Shown here one piece after another: positions 34,264 through 44,021 of a stretch of 64,000 nucleotides of DNA (position 1 is the stretch's first letter; each line of letters begins with the position of its first letter). Origin of the DNA: an uncultured Methylomirabilota bacterium (lineage in GTDB: Bacteria; Methylomirabilota; Methylomirabilia; Methylomirabilales; 2-02-FULL-66-22); NCBI GenBank assembly GCA_963705305.1, contig OY970067.1:3584001-3648000 (forward strand), in the 5' to 3' direction. A program made the position numbers and the translations under genes. The notes beneath the pieces are model-generated. The model was not told the origin of the DNA and did not search any database. It saw only the letters and a program-made list of their open reading frames with translations.

Positions 34264-37239
34264 TCAAAAGACCTCGCGCCAGTACTGGACGCGCCGCATG
34301 TTCGATGGGGGCGGCGCCGGGTTGTTGGGCAACTGCTGGCTGGTGGTGGCCGTGATGACGGAGGTGCTGATGCTGGCTCCCGATTGGGTGATGATGAGGA
34401 CCGGCTTGGACGGGATCCCCGTCCCGATGGTCATCGACCGGGTCGTGCTGGCGCTGGTGGAGGTCAGCGGCGAGGAGCTGTTGGCCCAATCCAGGGCGGC
34501 GTAGCCCGATGTCTCCTGGACGGCGTAGAGCTGGGCATTTCCGCCGCCCGACCCGCAGTAGGTGGCGGTCGTCGGCGTGAACGTCGTGAAGTACACGATA
34601 TAGTTGAAGACATCGGCCGCCGACAGTGACTTTTCACTCGTCCCGGTGAGCGTGAAGTACCAGCCATAGGTGGGTGTCCCGTTGTTGGTGGTGACGTTCA
34701 CCAGGTTCGACTCGGTCAGGGGGCTTCCGTTGGTCATGTCGGTCGCCTTGAGGATGTCCACGGGATCCATGATGCCGTAGAACCGGTTGGCGACGGTGTT
34801 GGGATTGTCCGGGTGGTCCCGATCCCCCGTCCCGAAGTAGATCCAGGCATGGCTCTGATTGTCATAGGCCGGGACGATGGCGCTCCAGATGCCCTGCGTG
34901 GGGTAGTACTCGCCGGAGGCGGGGGGGTTCGCCTCGGAGCTATCCGCCTGGAAGAAGCGCTTCCCCAGCCAGTTGGTGACCTGGCCGCTGGAGAGGGTTG
35001 TTCCGGTCGGATTCCCCGAGGAGTCCCGCCCCACCACGTCGAACTTCCACACCTGCCCGCCCACGTCGCCGATGTACAGCCGGTCGATGTTCCCGTCGCT
35101 GTTGTAGTCGACGGCGGCGATGTCCGCGGGGATGCTGAAATTCATGTACTTCCGGTCGTCGGTGGCGCCGGTAACGTTCTTGTACTCCCAGATCTTGCTG
35201 CCGGTGGCGATGTCGACGGCGAAGACGGCCTTGCCAAGGGTGTTGTCAGCCCCCTCCTCGTAGCCGCCCCCGAAGAAGGCGACGTACTTCAAGGTCCCGC
35301 CGGACATCTTGACCGTGCCGATGACCGGCGTGGAGTACGTCTCTCCCAGGTCGGCGTCGGTGAAGCTCCACAGCAGCGTGGGGGCCGAGCCGGTGTTGGT
35401 GATGTCCAGGGCGTAGTAGTAGTTGCCCCCCCGGCGCTCGCCGACGATCGCGATGGTCCGCCATTTCGCTGCGGAATCCGTGACGTAGGCGCTGTTCATC
35501 TGGACCTTGACGTCGGCGACGACAGGGTTCCCGTCCACGAACCACTGGTGTCCTCCCCCGATGACGGTCAGTCCCTTCAGATACGAGAGGAGGTTCGGGG
35601 GGATGAAGGCCCACAGCTCCGTGCCGTCGCTCTCCCGGAAGGCGTGGAGCATCCCGTCGTTCGCGCCAGCGAGCAGGATGGTGGTCCGGCCGGAGTTGTT
35701 GCTGGCGAAGGTGGAGTAGGTGCTGTCCGTCGAGGGCAGGAACGGCGGCGGGACCAGGACGGGGGTGGAGTGGAAGATGTCGCCGAGGATGAAGGGCCGA
35801 TCCGCGCTGGTGCCGTTCTGGAACCAGTTGAAGACGTCCTTCCCCCGGAGGAAGTTGATGAGATTGTCCCGGTCTGTCTGGGCCGAGTAACCCACCGTGG
35901 CCGGAGGCAGCGTGGTGGTGCTGAGGCTGGTGGTGAAGCTCGTCAGGCTGCCGCCGGTCCCGCCCAGGTACGTGTAGATGTTCCGGTTCGACGAGCCCAG
36001 CGTGGAAAGCGCCGCCCCGGCCTCCCAGGCCTGCGCGTTGGCCGTGCAGCCGGTCTGGCTTTGCCAGTTGGCGCCGCAGGGCACGCCGGTGTTATCCACC
36101 GGGACGTTCCCCGAGCTGTTTCGGTTGTAGGCCCTGAGATACCCCTGCCAGAAGGGGAGGGACAGGTTGGACGTGAACGCGGCCATGTAGGCCCTATTGA
36201 CGCCGGAGGTCTGGGTCGTGGGGACGACGGGCGTGGCGAAGGTGAAGGTCGCGACCATGATCTGGGAGATGGCGGCCTCGAGAGCGGCCGTCAGCGAGGC
36301 CTCGTCCGTGGTGGAGTAAAACTTGCCGCCGCCGTTGGTCGCCGTGGTCTGCATGATGTCGTTGGCCCCGTCCGCCGCATCCGCCGCCCCCACGGCGAAC
36401 CCGACGGTATCCACGACGATCTTCTGCGGCCCGTTGTGGATGCTCGTCGCCACGGTCCGCATGTCCATGTTTCCGTTCTGCAGGCCGTCCGACATGAGGA
36501 TGACGAAGTTCGGCTGGCAGGTGTACTGGACGGGGCTCGTCTTGTAATTCCCCTTGACATCGCCGTTCCCGGCATAGTAGGTGCCAGCGTTATTGAGCAT
36601 CTCCCCGTCCGGGGTGGAGCCGTTCGCGCTGAGGCCGTTGATGGCGTTGACGATCGTCGTGGCACTGCTCCCGATAGGGGCGAGGATCTGGCCGCCGGTA
36701 TCGCTGCTGTTGAAGGTCATCAGGCCGAAGCGAACCCCTGTGGTACTGTTCACGAGGTTGGTGAGGACCTTCTGGGCCACCTGCATCTTCACCACCAGGA
36801 CGGCGCTGGGGCTGGCCAGAAAGTTCAGGTAATTCCCCAGATACAGATTATAGCTCGTGCCGCCGATCTTCCCGGACCAGTAGCCGGCCGGGGTGGTGCC
36901 CGTCGAGAGGGCGCTCTGGGCGCTGGAGCTGTTGACGCTGGAAACGCTGTTGGCGTAGACGCTGTAGGAAGTAACTCCATGGCTGGTCGTCTGTTTGTAC
37001 ACGTACCCGGTAACGCATGCGGGGCTGCAATTCTGAGTACTCGGCGTGTAGGTCTGCGTGGGATCGTAGGGAGACGAGTAGATCTGGTCGCCCATGCTGC
37101 CCGAGTCGTCGATGGCGATCAGCACGTTGGGCTGCACGTTCGACCCGAAGATATCGGTGTCGTCGCCGCGGGCCCGCGGGACGGGAAGGGGAAACGGGAG
37201 GATCATCAAGCACAGGGCAAGTGCCAGGATCTTCTTCAT
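34264..37239 (-). CDS. pilY1: PilY1/PilC-like type IV pilus adhesin (vWA plus beta-propeller), copy 2
   Basis: MKKILALALC signal; DDSGSM...TPDGE...MSDG; LGDIFHSTP, GANDGMLHAF, DYNSDGNID and YWREVF; close paralog of copy 1. Confidence 0.88.
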   Translation of the reverse strand: MKKILALALCLMILPFPLPVPRARGDDTDIFGSNVQPNVLIAIDDSGSMGDQIYSSPYDPTQTYTPSTQNCSPACVTGYVYKQTTSHGVTSYSVYANSVSSVNSSSAQSALSTGTTPAGYWSGKIGGTSYNLYLGNYLNFLASPSAVLVVKMQVAQKVLTNLVNSTTGVRFGLMTFNSSDTGGQILAPIGSSATTIVNAINGLSANGSTPDGEMLNNAGTYYAGNGDVKGNYKTSPVQYTCQPNFVILMSDGLQNGNMDMRTVATSIHNGPQKIVVDTVGFAVGAADAADGANDIMQTTATNGGGKFYSTTDEASLTAALEAAISQIMVATFTFATPVVPTTQTSGVNRAYMAAFTSNLSLPFWQGYLRAYNRNSSGNVPVDNTGVPCGANWQSQTGCTANAQAWEAGAALSTLGSSNRNIYTYLGGTGGSLTSFTTSLSTTTLPPATVGYSAQTDRDNLINFLRGKDVFNWFQNGTSADRPFILGDIFHSTPVLVPPPFLPSTDSTYSTFASNNSGRTTILLAGANDGMLHAFRESDGTELWAFIPPNLLSYLKGLTVIGGGHQWFVDGNPVVADVKVQMNSAYVTDSAAKWRTIAIVGERRGGNYYYALDITNTGSAPTLLWSFTDADLGETYSTPVIGTVKMSGGTLKYVAFFGGGYEEGADNTLGKAVFAVDIATGSKIWEYKNVTGATDDRKYMNFSIPADIAAVDYNSDGNIDRLYIGDVGGQVWKFDVVGRDSSGNPTGTTLSSGQVTNWLGKRFFQADSSEANPPASGEYYPTQGIWSAIVPAYDNQSHAWIYFGTGDRDHPDNPNTVANRFYGIMDPVDILKATDMTNGSPLTESNLVNVTTNNGTPTYGWYFTLTGTSEKSLSAADVFNYIVYFTTFTPTTATYCGSGGGNAQLYAVQETSGYAALDWANSSSPLTSTSASTTRSMTIGTGIPSKPVLIITQSGASISTSVITATTSQQLPNNPAPPPSNMRRVQYWREVF

Positions 37240-37527
37240 GGCCCACCTCGTGGCGATGCGGGGCTGCGAGACAGCTCGTCCTTCAAAGTCCCCTCCGGTC
37301 TTCCCGGCCACCTTCGGATCGATATTCCGGATGTCCGCTGCCGGCCTATCGCCGCGTCAGGTCTTTCGGCGTCTTACCTGAGTGCACTGCTCGCCCCCGA
37401 GGAGGGCGGATAGATGATCACGTGGCGGGAGGAAGCGATCCGATCAATCGCCCCTCCTCGAAAATGCGTGGCTTGTAATCCAACTACTCGAAGAGCAGCT
37501 CGCTCTGTGCTCTTTGATAAGATCTTG

Positions 37528-37544
37528 AGCAAATGAGATGCCAA
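37528..37544 (-). promoter_or_regulatory. sigma54 promoter of PilY1 copy 2
   Basis: Minus strand reads TTGGCATCTCATTTGCT. Confidence 0.8.
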
Positions 37545-38332
37545 GAAACCACGCCGCAATGGAGGGTGGCTCGCCAGGATGTCGAGGGTGTTCTGAGATA
37601 TCAATCCGGCTGCCAGACAACCATATTTTCAAACAGATAGCTACACTGGAGAATGATCCAGTGTGCTCCATCGCGACACAGAGAAATGAAGCTCACCGGC
37701 CTAATCCATTCCATCGGTTCTGAGGCTTTGTCATGGAAACTCTGCCAAGATAAAGGGTCCTCTCTCTATCCCATATCTCGTCGGAAGACTAAAGATGTTT
37801 AGATTTAATAAGTTGGAGCGTTCTCACGTGCTATCACATGTTTGAATTTTATTTAATAGTTACTGACATACTGACAGTAAGAAAAATTTATATCACATAG
37901 TATATATTATTATTTTCGTACAACATGTTAATTATAAGACATAAACACGATATAAATCAATATATCATTACCATTTATATACTGTCAAATTTATGAGAGC
38001 AGAAATAAAAGTCTCTGGAAAGGCCGAGTCGTGGATGGTGGGGCGAAGAGCAGTGCATGGGAGCGCGTCCTCCGCCTCGATAGCGCGCTTATCTTTCGTG
38101 TTGACATTCCATCGGCGGCTGACTAGCGTGTCGTCAATCCACGCAGTAGCCATCCGCAGGGTTGAGGGGGAGAGGGGGCGTGCCGGACCAGCCCGTGTCT
38201 TGCAAGCCGGAAAATCCGCAGGGACGGATCACGGCCCTTTGGAGGTAATCCCCCAAAGGGCCGTGCTTTTTCCGGCCCCGATCGGTCGATCACATTGCTT
38301 CCGCATGACTCAAAGGGGAAGGAAGAGACCGA

Positions 38333-38797
38333 ATGATCCGACTCGTTGTGAACGGGCAGCCGCGCGAGGTATCCGCGGATCCCGAGACGCCGCTGCTCTA
38401 CGTGCTCCGAAACGACCTCGGCCTGCATGGCACCAAGTTCGGCTGCGGCCTCGGACAGTGCGGGGCGTGCACGGTGCTGATCGACGGACAGGCCGTCCGC
38501 TCGTGCTCGATTCCGGTCCAGGCCGTGGCCGGACAAGCGGTGACGACGATCGAGGGGCTGGGCTCGCCCGGCCATCCCCATCCCCTCCAGGCGGCCTTCA
38601 TCGAAGAGCAGGCCGCCCAATGCGGTTACTGCACGCCGGGGATCGTCATGACCTCCAAGGCGTTCCTGGACCGGACCCCGCGCCCCACGGCGGCGCAGGT
38701 TCGGGAGGCCCTTGCCGGCACCCTCTGCCGGTGCGGGACCCACGAGCGGGTGATTCGGGCCGTCCTGCGCGCCGCCGTGGCCATGGGAGGGCGGTGA
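38333..38797 (+). CDS. 2Fe-2S subunit (IorA/NicA-like)
   Basis: KFGCGLGQCGACTV, QCGYCTPG and LCRCGTH. Confidence 0.93.
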   Translation: MIRLVVNGQPREVSADPETPLLYVLRNDLGLHGTKFGCGLGQCGACTVLIDGQAVRSCSIPVQAVAGQAVTTIEGLGSPGHPHPLQAAFIEEQAAQCGYCTPGIVMTSKAFLDRTPRPTAAQVREALAGTLCRCGTHERVIRAVLRAAVAMGGR

Positions 38798-38798
38798 G

Positions 38799-41030
38799 AT
38801 GTCTGGGGATCGAATGACTCGCCGGACCTTTCTCAAGACGGGTGGCGCGATCATCGTCGCGATCCGGCTGGGGCCGCTGCGGGGCCGCCCGGCCGCGGCG
38901 CAGACCTTGGCCGGCGCGGAAGCCTTCCTGGGGAAGACCGTGGATGCCGACGCGGTGGATGCCTTTCTGGCCATTCACGCGGACGGGACGGTGACATTGT
39001 TCAGCGGGAAGGTCGACCTCGGCACAGGGGCGCGGGCCGCCCTCCGCCAGATGGCGGCCGAAGAGCTGGATGTCTCCCTCGAGCGGGTCACCATGATCGA
39101 GGGGGATACCGCGCTCACGCCGGATCAGGGGCCGACCGCCGGCAGCATGGGGGTCTCGCGGGGCGGCATGCAGATCCGCCGGGCCGCCGCGACGGCGCGC
39201 CAGGCGCTCCTGGCGCGGGCCGCCCAGCGATTGGGACGTCCGGCCGGGGATCTGGATGTGACCGATGGCGTGGTCCGGCCAAAGGGGGGAGGACCCGGCG
39301 TCTCCTACGCCGATCTCGTCGGTGACCGGCGGCTGAACCTCGTCGTCGATCCGAAGGCGCCGCTCAAGGCCCCCGCGGCCTTCCGGGTGATCGGGCAGCC
39401 GGCTCGGCGTCCCGATGTTCCCGACAAGGTGACCGGACAGCACACCTTCGTCCACGATTTCTCGCTTCCCGGCATGCTCCACGGGCGGGTGATCCGCCCC
39501 CCCGCCCCAGGGGCCTCGCTGCTGGCGGTGGACGAGGCGTCCATCGCGGGGATCCCGAATGCCCGCATCGTCCGGATCGGCAGCTTTCTGGGGGTGTGCG
39601 CCGAGCGGGAATGGGATGCGGTCCAGGCGGCCCGGCAGCTCGCGGCGCGATGGTCGCCGGGGACAGGCCTGCCGGAACAGGCACGGCTGTTCGCCGGCCT
39701 GCGCGCCACGCCCGTGGTCCGGGACGAGGTGCTGGCCGCGAAGGGTGACGCGGTCGCCGCCTTCGCGAACGGCGGGCGAATCGTGTCGGCCACCTACGAG
39801 TGGCCGATCCAGAGCCATGCCTCCATGGGCCCCTCCTGTGCGGTGGCCGACGTGCGGCCGGATCGCGCCATTATCTGGACGGGCTCTCAGTCCACGCACC
39901 GGTTCCGGTTGACCTTTGCGCGAATCCTGGGGCTGCGGCCGGAAGCGGTCCGGCTGATCTATCTGGACGGCTCGGGCTGCTTTGGCATGAACGGCCACGA
40001 GGACGCGGCCGCCGATGCAGCCCTCTTGTCCAGGGCCGTAGGGCGGCCGGTGCGCGTGCAGTGGAGCCGCGAGGACGAGCACGGCTGGGACCCCAAGGGT
40101 CCGCCCCATCTCCTGGACGTGCGCGCAGCCGTGAGCGATCGGGGCGAGGTGGTGGCCTGGGAGACCCAGGCCTGGCTCCCCGCGCCCACACAGGGTCTTC
40201 CGAACGTGCCCCTGCTGGCCCCCGAGGCTGCCGGGATCGCGCAGCCCATGGGCCGCTTCGCGGGGATGATCCAGCAGAACGTGGACCCGCCCTACCAGTT
40301 CCCAAACGTGCGGGCGGTGATCCACTGGATCCGGGACACGCCGCTCCGGACCTCCAATCTGCGCGCCCCGGGCAAGCTCGCCAACTGCTTTGCCGTGGAG
40401 TCGTTCACGGACGAGATCGCGGGGCTGGCGGGGGCCGATCCGGTCGAGTTCCGTCTCCGGCACCTCACCGATCCGCGCGGGATCGAGGTCATCCGGCGGG
40501 CCGCCGCGCGCATGGGCTGGACCCCGCGCCCCCGGCCGCGGGCGACGGATCCCCAAGCGCCGGTCCTGTCCGGCCGCGGCTTCGCCTATGTCCATTACAA
40601 GCACAACGAGAACTACGTGGCCGTGGGGGTGGAGGTGGAGGTGGAGCGACGGTCCGGCCGAATTCGGGTGACGCGCGTGGTGTGCGCCCACGACTGCGGG
40701 CTGGTGGTCAACCCGGACTGCGTGCGGGGCCAGGTGGAAGGATGCATTCTTCAGGGTCTCAGCCGGACGCTCTTCGAAGAGGTTGCCTTCGACCGGTCCC
40801 GCGTGACGAGCGTGGACTGGTCCCGCTATCCCGTCCTCGCCTTCCCCGACGCCCCGTCCATCGAGCTGGAGCTGGTGGACCGGCCGGAGGAGCCGCCGAT
40901 GGGGGTCGGCGAGGCGGCGGCCACCCCCGTGCCGGCGGCCCTCGCCAACGCCGTCTTCGACGCGACCGGGGTCCGGCTGCGGACGGCGCCGCTTCGTCCC
41001 GACCGGGTCAAGGCCGCGATGGGGAGCTAG
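38799..41030 (+). CDS. Molybdopterin-binding subunit with Tat signal (IorB/NicB-like)
   Basis: MTRRTFLK; GKVDLGTG at the N-terminus (permuted IorB order); HASMGPSCAVA, LRAPG and GVGEAA...ANAVFDATG. Confidence 0.92.
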   Translation: MSGDRMTRRTFLKTGGAIIVAIRLGPLRGRPAAAQTLAGAEAFLGKTVDADAVDAFLAIHADGTVTLFSGKVDLGTGARAALRQMAAEELDVSLERVTMIEGDTALTPDQGPTAGSMGVSRGGMQIRRAAATARQALLARAAQRLGRPAGDLDVTDGVVRPKGGGPGVSYADLVGDRRLNLVVDPKAPLKAPAAFRVIGQPARRPDVPDKVTGQHTFVHDFSLPGMLHGRVIRPPAPGASLLAVDEASIAGIPNARIVRIGSFLGVCAEREWDAVQAARQLAARWSPGTGLPEQARLFAGLRATPVVRDEVLAAKGDAVAAFANGGRIVSATYEWPIQSHASMGPSCAVADVRPDRAIIWTGSQSTHRFRLTFARILGLRPEAVRLIYLDGSGCFGMNGHEDAAADAALLSRAVGRPVRVQWSREDEHGWDPKGPPHLLDVRAAVSDRGEVVAWETQAWLPAPTQGLPNVPLLAPEAAGIAQPMGRFAGMIQQNVDPPYQFPNVRAVIHWIRDTPLRTSNLRAPGKLANCFAVESFTDEIAGLAGADPVEFRLRHLTDPRGIEVIRRAAARMGWTPRPRPRATDPQAPVLSGRGFAYVHYKHNENYVAVGVEVEVERRSGRIRVTRVVCAHDCGLVVNPDCVRGQVEGCILQGLSRTLFEEVAFDRSRVTSVDWSRYPVLAFPDAPSIELELVDRPEEPPMGVGEAAATPVPAALANAVFDATGVRLRTAPLRPDRVKAAMGS

Positions 41031-41313
41031 TGTCCCGAATCGCAAATCCGCGAACAATTTCACCGGCCCTCGGGACTGCCCCTCTCCCGCCTAGGGCCTC
41101 GTCGACTACCGGCCAGCCTGCACCCAGCCTAACGGCCGGGTACCCGGGCGCCGCGGCCCCGAGGGCGCGCCGCGCCGCGGACGGGGCCTTGACGCGAGCA
41201 TCGGAATCTGAGAGGCCACGGCGTCCTGAAACCGGCTGGCCCGCGGGCCCGGCGGGCTCGTGGCAATCCCGAGGGCCCCGATTTGTCACGAATTTCTAAC
41301 TCACGACAGCTAG
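41027..41313. mobile_element. MITE-like element C (287 bp), relative of element A
   Basis: Begins CTAGTGTCCCG at the TAG stop of the Mo subunit and ends CACGACAGCTAG. Shares GCCTGCACCCAGCCT(A)ACGGCCGGGTACCCGGGCGCCGC and GCCACGGCGTCC..AACCGGC with 28250-28537. Confidence 0.7.
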
Positions 41314-41526
41314 CGTCATGCTTGAGTGCGTGGGGACTCGCCTGGCCGAATCCAGCCGGCCGGCATGCAAACTTGATTTTTGTTCTGGTCTCATGATATG
41401 CCGGTGCCTGCGCAGGATCACGCCGGGACCAGCCGGCTCCTGCGGCAAAGGAGGGGCGGCAACCGCTAAGCCCAATTCATCCAAACGTGCACTCCCGCTG
41501 CCAGGGGCGAGGAAGGGGGAAGGCAT

Positions 41527-41775
41527 ATGCGCATCGTGACGCACGCGATCGTGGCGGTCCTTGCTTTCCTGATCGGTCTTGGCCTGGGGTACTCCCTGTG
41601 GGGGTTGCGAGCCGCAGACCTGCAGCGCCAGATTGGGCAGCAACGCTCCGAGTGTGAGTATCGCATCGCCGAGCAGGAACGGCGCGCGAGGGCGGCGGAG
41701 GAGAGCGCACGGCAAGAGGCCGCAGCGCGAAAGGTACTGGAAGACGAGCTGAATCGGATTCACCCGCAGAAGTAA
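41527..41775 (+). CDS. Small membrane-anchored coiled-coil hypothetical protein
   Basis: GGGGGAAGG RBS; one N-terminal TM segment followed by a charged helical tail. Confidence 0.65.
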   Translation: MRIVTHAIVAVLAFLIGLGLGYSLWGLRAADLQRQIGQQRSECEYRIAEQERRARAAEESARQEAAARKVLEDELNRIHPQK

Positions 41776-41927
41776 AGTCCGGGAGCGCCGCAGCCTGACC
41801 TCGATCCCCAATTCCAGACCGCCCGGGCGTGGGGAATGCCCGGCCCGGGATGGCTTTTCGGGGGGACGAAGGGAATTTTCGAACGCCCTGAGAGCAGGTC
41901 ATGGCGAGCCCGCCCAGGGAGGGTGGC

Positions 41928-42335
41928 ATGCGAGTCGTCGTGCTCGTTTCGGGGATTGTGCTTCTCGCACTCGTTGTGCTCGCCGCCGCGGGAACCCCGT
42001 CGGGACGGGTCGAGCACGGCAGGTATCTTGTGAATTCTGTTGCGATGTGCGTCCAGTGCCATAGCCCGCGGGACGCCCGCGGAGAGATCGAGCGCGACCG
42101 GCTGCTCCAGGGAGCGCCGATCCCGGTGCGGTCGCCCTTCCCCAATCAGCAGTGGGCGTTCGCTGCGCCGGCGATCGCAGGCCTGCCGGGATGGACCAAC
42201 GGCGAGGACGTGGTCACCCTCCTCATGACCGGACACCGGCCCGACGGGTACGCACCGATGCCGCCCATGCCCCCCTTCCGGCTGAGCCGCGAGGACGCCG
42301 AGGACGTTGTCGCCTACCTGCGATCCCTTCGGTAG
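41928..42335 (+). CDS. Monoheme cytochrome c
   Basis: Signal peptide; GRYLV..VAMCVQCHSPR heme motif; PPMP axial Met candidate; VVAYLRSL. Confidence 0.88.
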   Translation: MRVVVLVSGIVLLALVVLAAAGTPSGRVEHGRYLVNSVAMCVQCHSPRDARGEIERDRLLQGAPIPVRSPFPNQQWAFAAPAIAGLPGWTNGEDVVTLLMTGHRPDGYAPMPPMPPFRLSREDAEDVVAYLRSLR

Positions 42336-42551
42336 GGGCGGCGGCTCTGTCCGGCGGATGCGGGCGCCGACGACCCGGCTGTCGACCCAGCCCTTTCCAT
42401 GTTTCCCCTTGACGCGGGCGCCGCGTTGGCCGGATATTCGAGTCCGGCAGGAAGGATGATCGGGGAACCGCGGGCCAGATTGGAGCGGAGGGCGCTTCGG
42501 CCCCTTGCCGCGGGCCCTCACCCCCATGCGTGCCGAGGAGGAGCGCAAGCA

Positions 42552-43712
42552 ATGACAACGTCGGGACCGGGACTCCAGTTCACGTTCAGCATTCCCACCA
42601 CGATTGTGTTTGGCCTGGGTGCGGTCGGGACGATCGGCGCCCACGCCAAGGCGGCTGGATTCCGCCGTCCGCTGGTCGTGACCGACAAGATCATGTCGCA
42701 GGGCGACGGCATGAAGCGGCTGCTGGCCTCGCTGTCCGAGGCCGGCCTGGACGCGGCCATCTGGGACGATATCGCGGCCGAGCCCACCGATGCCACTCTC
42801 ACCGCCGGGGCCAGGCAGTACCGCGGCGGGCGGTGCGACGGCCTGATCGGGTTCGGCGGCGGCAGCGCCATGGACACCGCCAAGGGCGTGGGGGTCCTGG
42901 CCGTCTGCGGAGACGACGATCCGACTCCATACCAGCGGGGCGGCAGCAAGACGGTGCCCGGCTGCGTGCCCGTGATCGCCGTTCCGACGAGCGCCGGGAC
43001 GGGGTCCGAAGTCACGTCGGTCTCTGTCTTCACCAGCCAGAAGACCGGCCACAAGCTGCCCATCCGGCACCCCAGCCTGCTGCCCAAGATCGCCGTCGTG
43101 GACCCGCAGCTCATGCTGACCATGCCCCCCAAGGTCACCATGTCGACGGGCATCGACGCGCTCTCGCATGCGACCGAGTGCTTCACGCAAGTGCGGGAGC
43201 ACCCCTTCTCGGATACGCTGTCGCTGGAGGCCATCCGGCTGATCGTGGAGAATTTGCCGAAGGCGATTCGGAACGGCCGCGACGAGGCGGCGCGCAGCAA
43301 CATGGCCCTGGCCGCGACGATGGCGGGAACGGCGTTCGAGGTGGGCGGCCTGCAGTTCCATGCCTACGCGCAGGCGCTGGGCGCCAAGTACCATGCGCCG
43401 CACGGCGTCACCTGCGGCATCGCGCTGCACGCCGGTCTGCGCCAGATCCTGCCCACCGCCACGGCCAAGCTGGCCCGCATGGCCTCGGCGTACGGGATCG
43501 ACACGCGCGGCTTGACCCCGGCGCAGGCGGCCGAGCGGGCCGTGAGCGCGGCGACCGCCTTCATCACCGAGATGGGCATCCCGAAGGTCGGCGAGGCCAT
43601 GCCGGCCACCCGGGCCGACATGCCCATGCTGCTCAAGGAAACGCTGGAGACCACCGGCGTGCCGATCCCGCCGGAAGTGGCCGAAGCGGTGTGGGACAAG
43701 ATTTTCAGCTGA
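42552..43712 (+). CDS. Iron-containing alcohol dehydrogenase family protein
   Basis: GGGSAMD, PTSAGTGSEVT, DALSHATE and HAPHGV motifs. Confidence 0.92.
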   Translation: MTTSGPGLQFTFSIPTTIVFGLGAVGTIGAHAKAAGFRRPLVVTDKIMSQGDGMKRLLASLSEAGLDAAIWDDIAAEPTDATLTAGARQYRGGRCDGLIGFGGGSAMDTAKGVGVLAVCGDDDPTPYQRGGSKTVPGCVPVIAVPTSAGTGSEVTSVSVFTSQKTGHKLPIRHPSLLPKIAVVDPQLMLTMPPKVTMSTGIDALSHATECFTQVREHPFSDTLSLEAIRLIVENLPKAIRNGRDEAARSNMALAATMAGTAFEVGGLQFHAYAQALGAKYHAPHGVTCGIALHAGLRQILPTATAKLARMASAYGIDTRGLTPAQAAERAVSAATAFITEMGIPKVGEAMPATRADMPMLLKETLETTGVPIPPEVAEAVWDKIFS

Positions 43713-44021
43713 GACGCGACGGGCGCAGGCCGTCCCGGAGCGGCTGCTGGCTCGACGAGCCCGGGATCCGACCGATTCCGGGCTCGCGGCGTCTGCGGAC
43801 GGCAGCCCCCCGATTTTCGGAGTGCCCGGCGTTCCCCTCCTCCTCCCGGGATGCGCTCGGACGCTTGAAGAAAGCGCTTGCCTGGCGCGGGCATGTCAGG
43901 CAGAAGATGGGGTGTTGCGGGGCGGCCGGCCCGTGCTCCGGCGGGGACGCCGCCACACCGCAGGCGCCTGCCCAGGCGCTTCGCCGGGAAAGGAGCAACC
44001 GGGGTGCCAGGGTGCGGTCCG

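Noticed and set aside
37940..37975. Possible ModE box (CGATATAAATCAATATATC) upstream of the molybdoenzyme operon
   Set aside because: It is only a partial match within very AT-rich DNA and lies about 370 nt from the start codon, so a chance match is likely.
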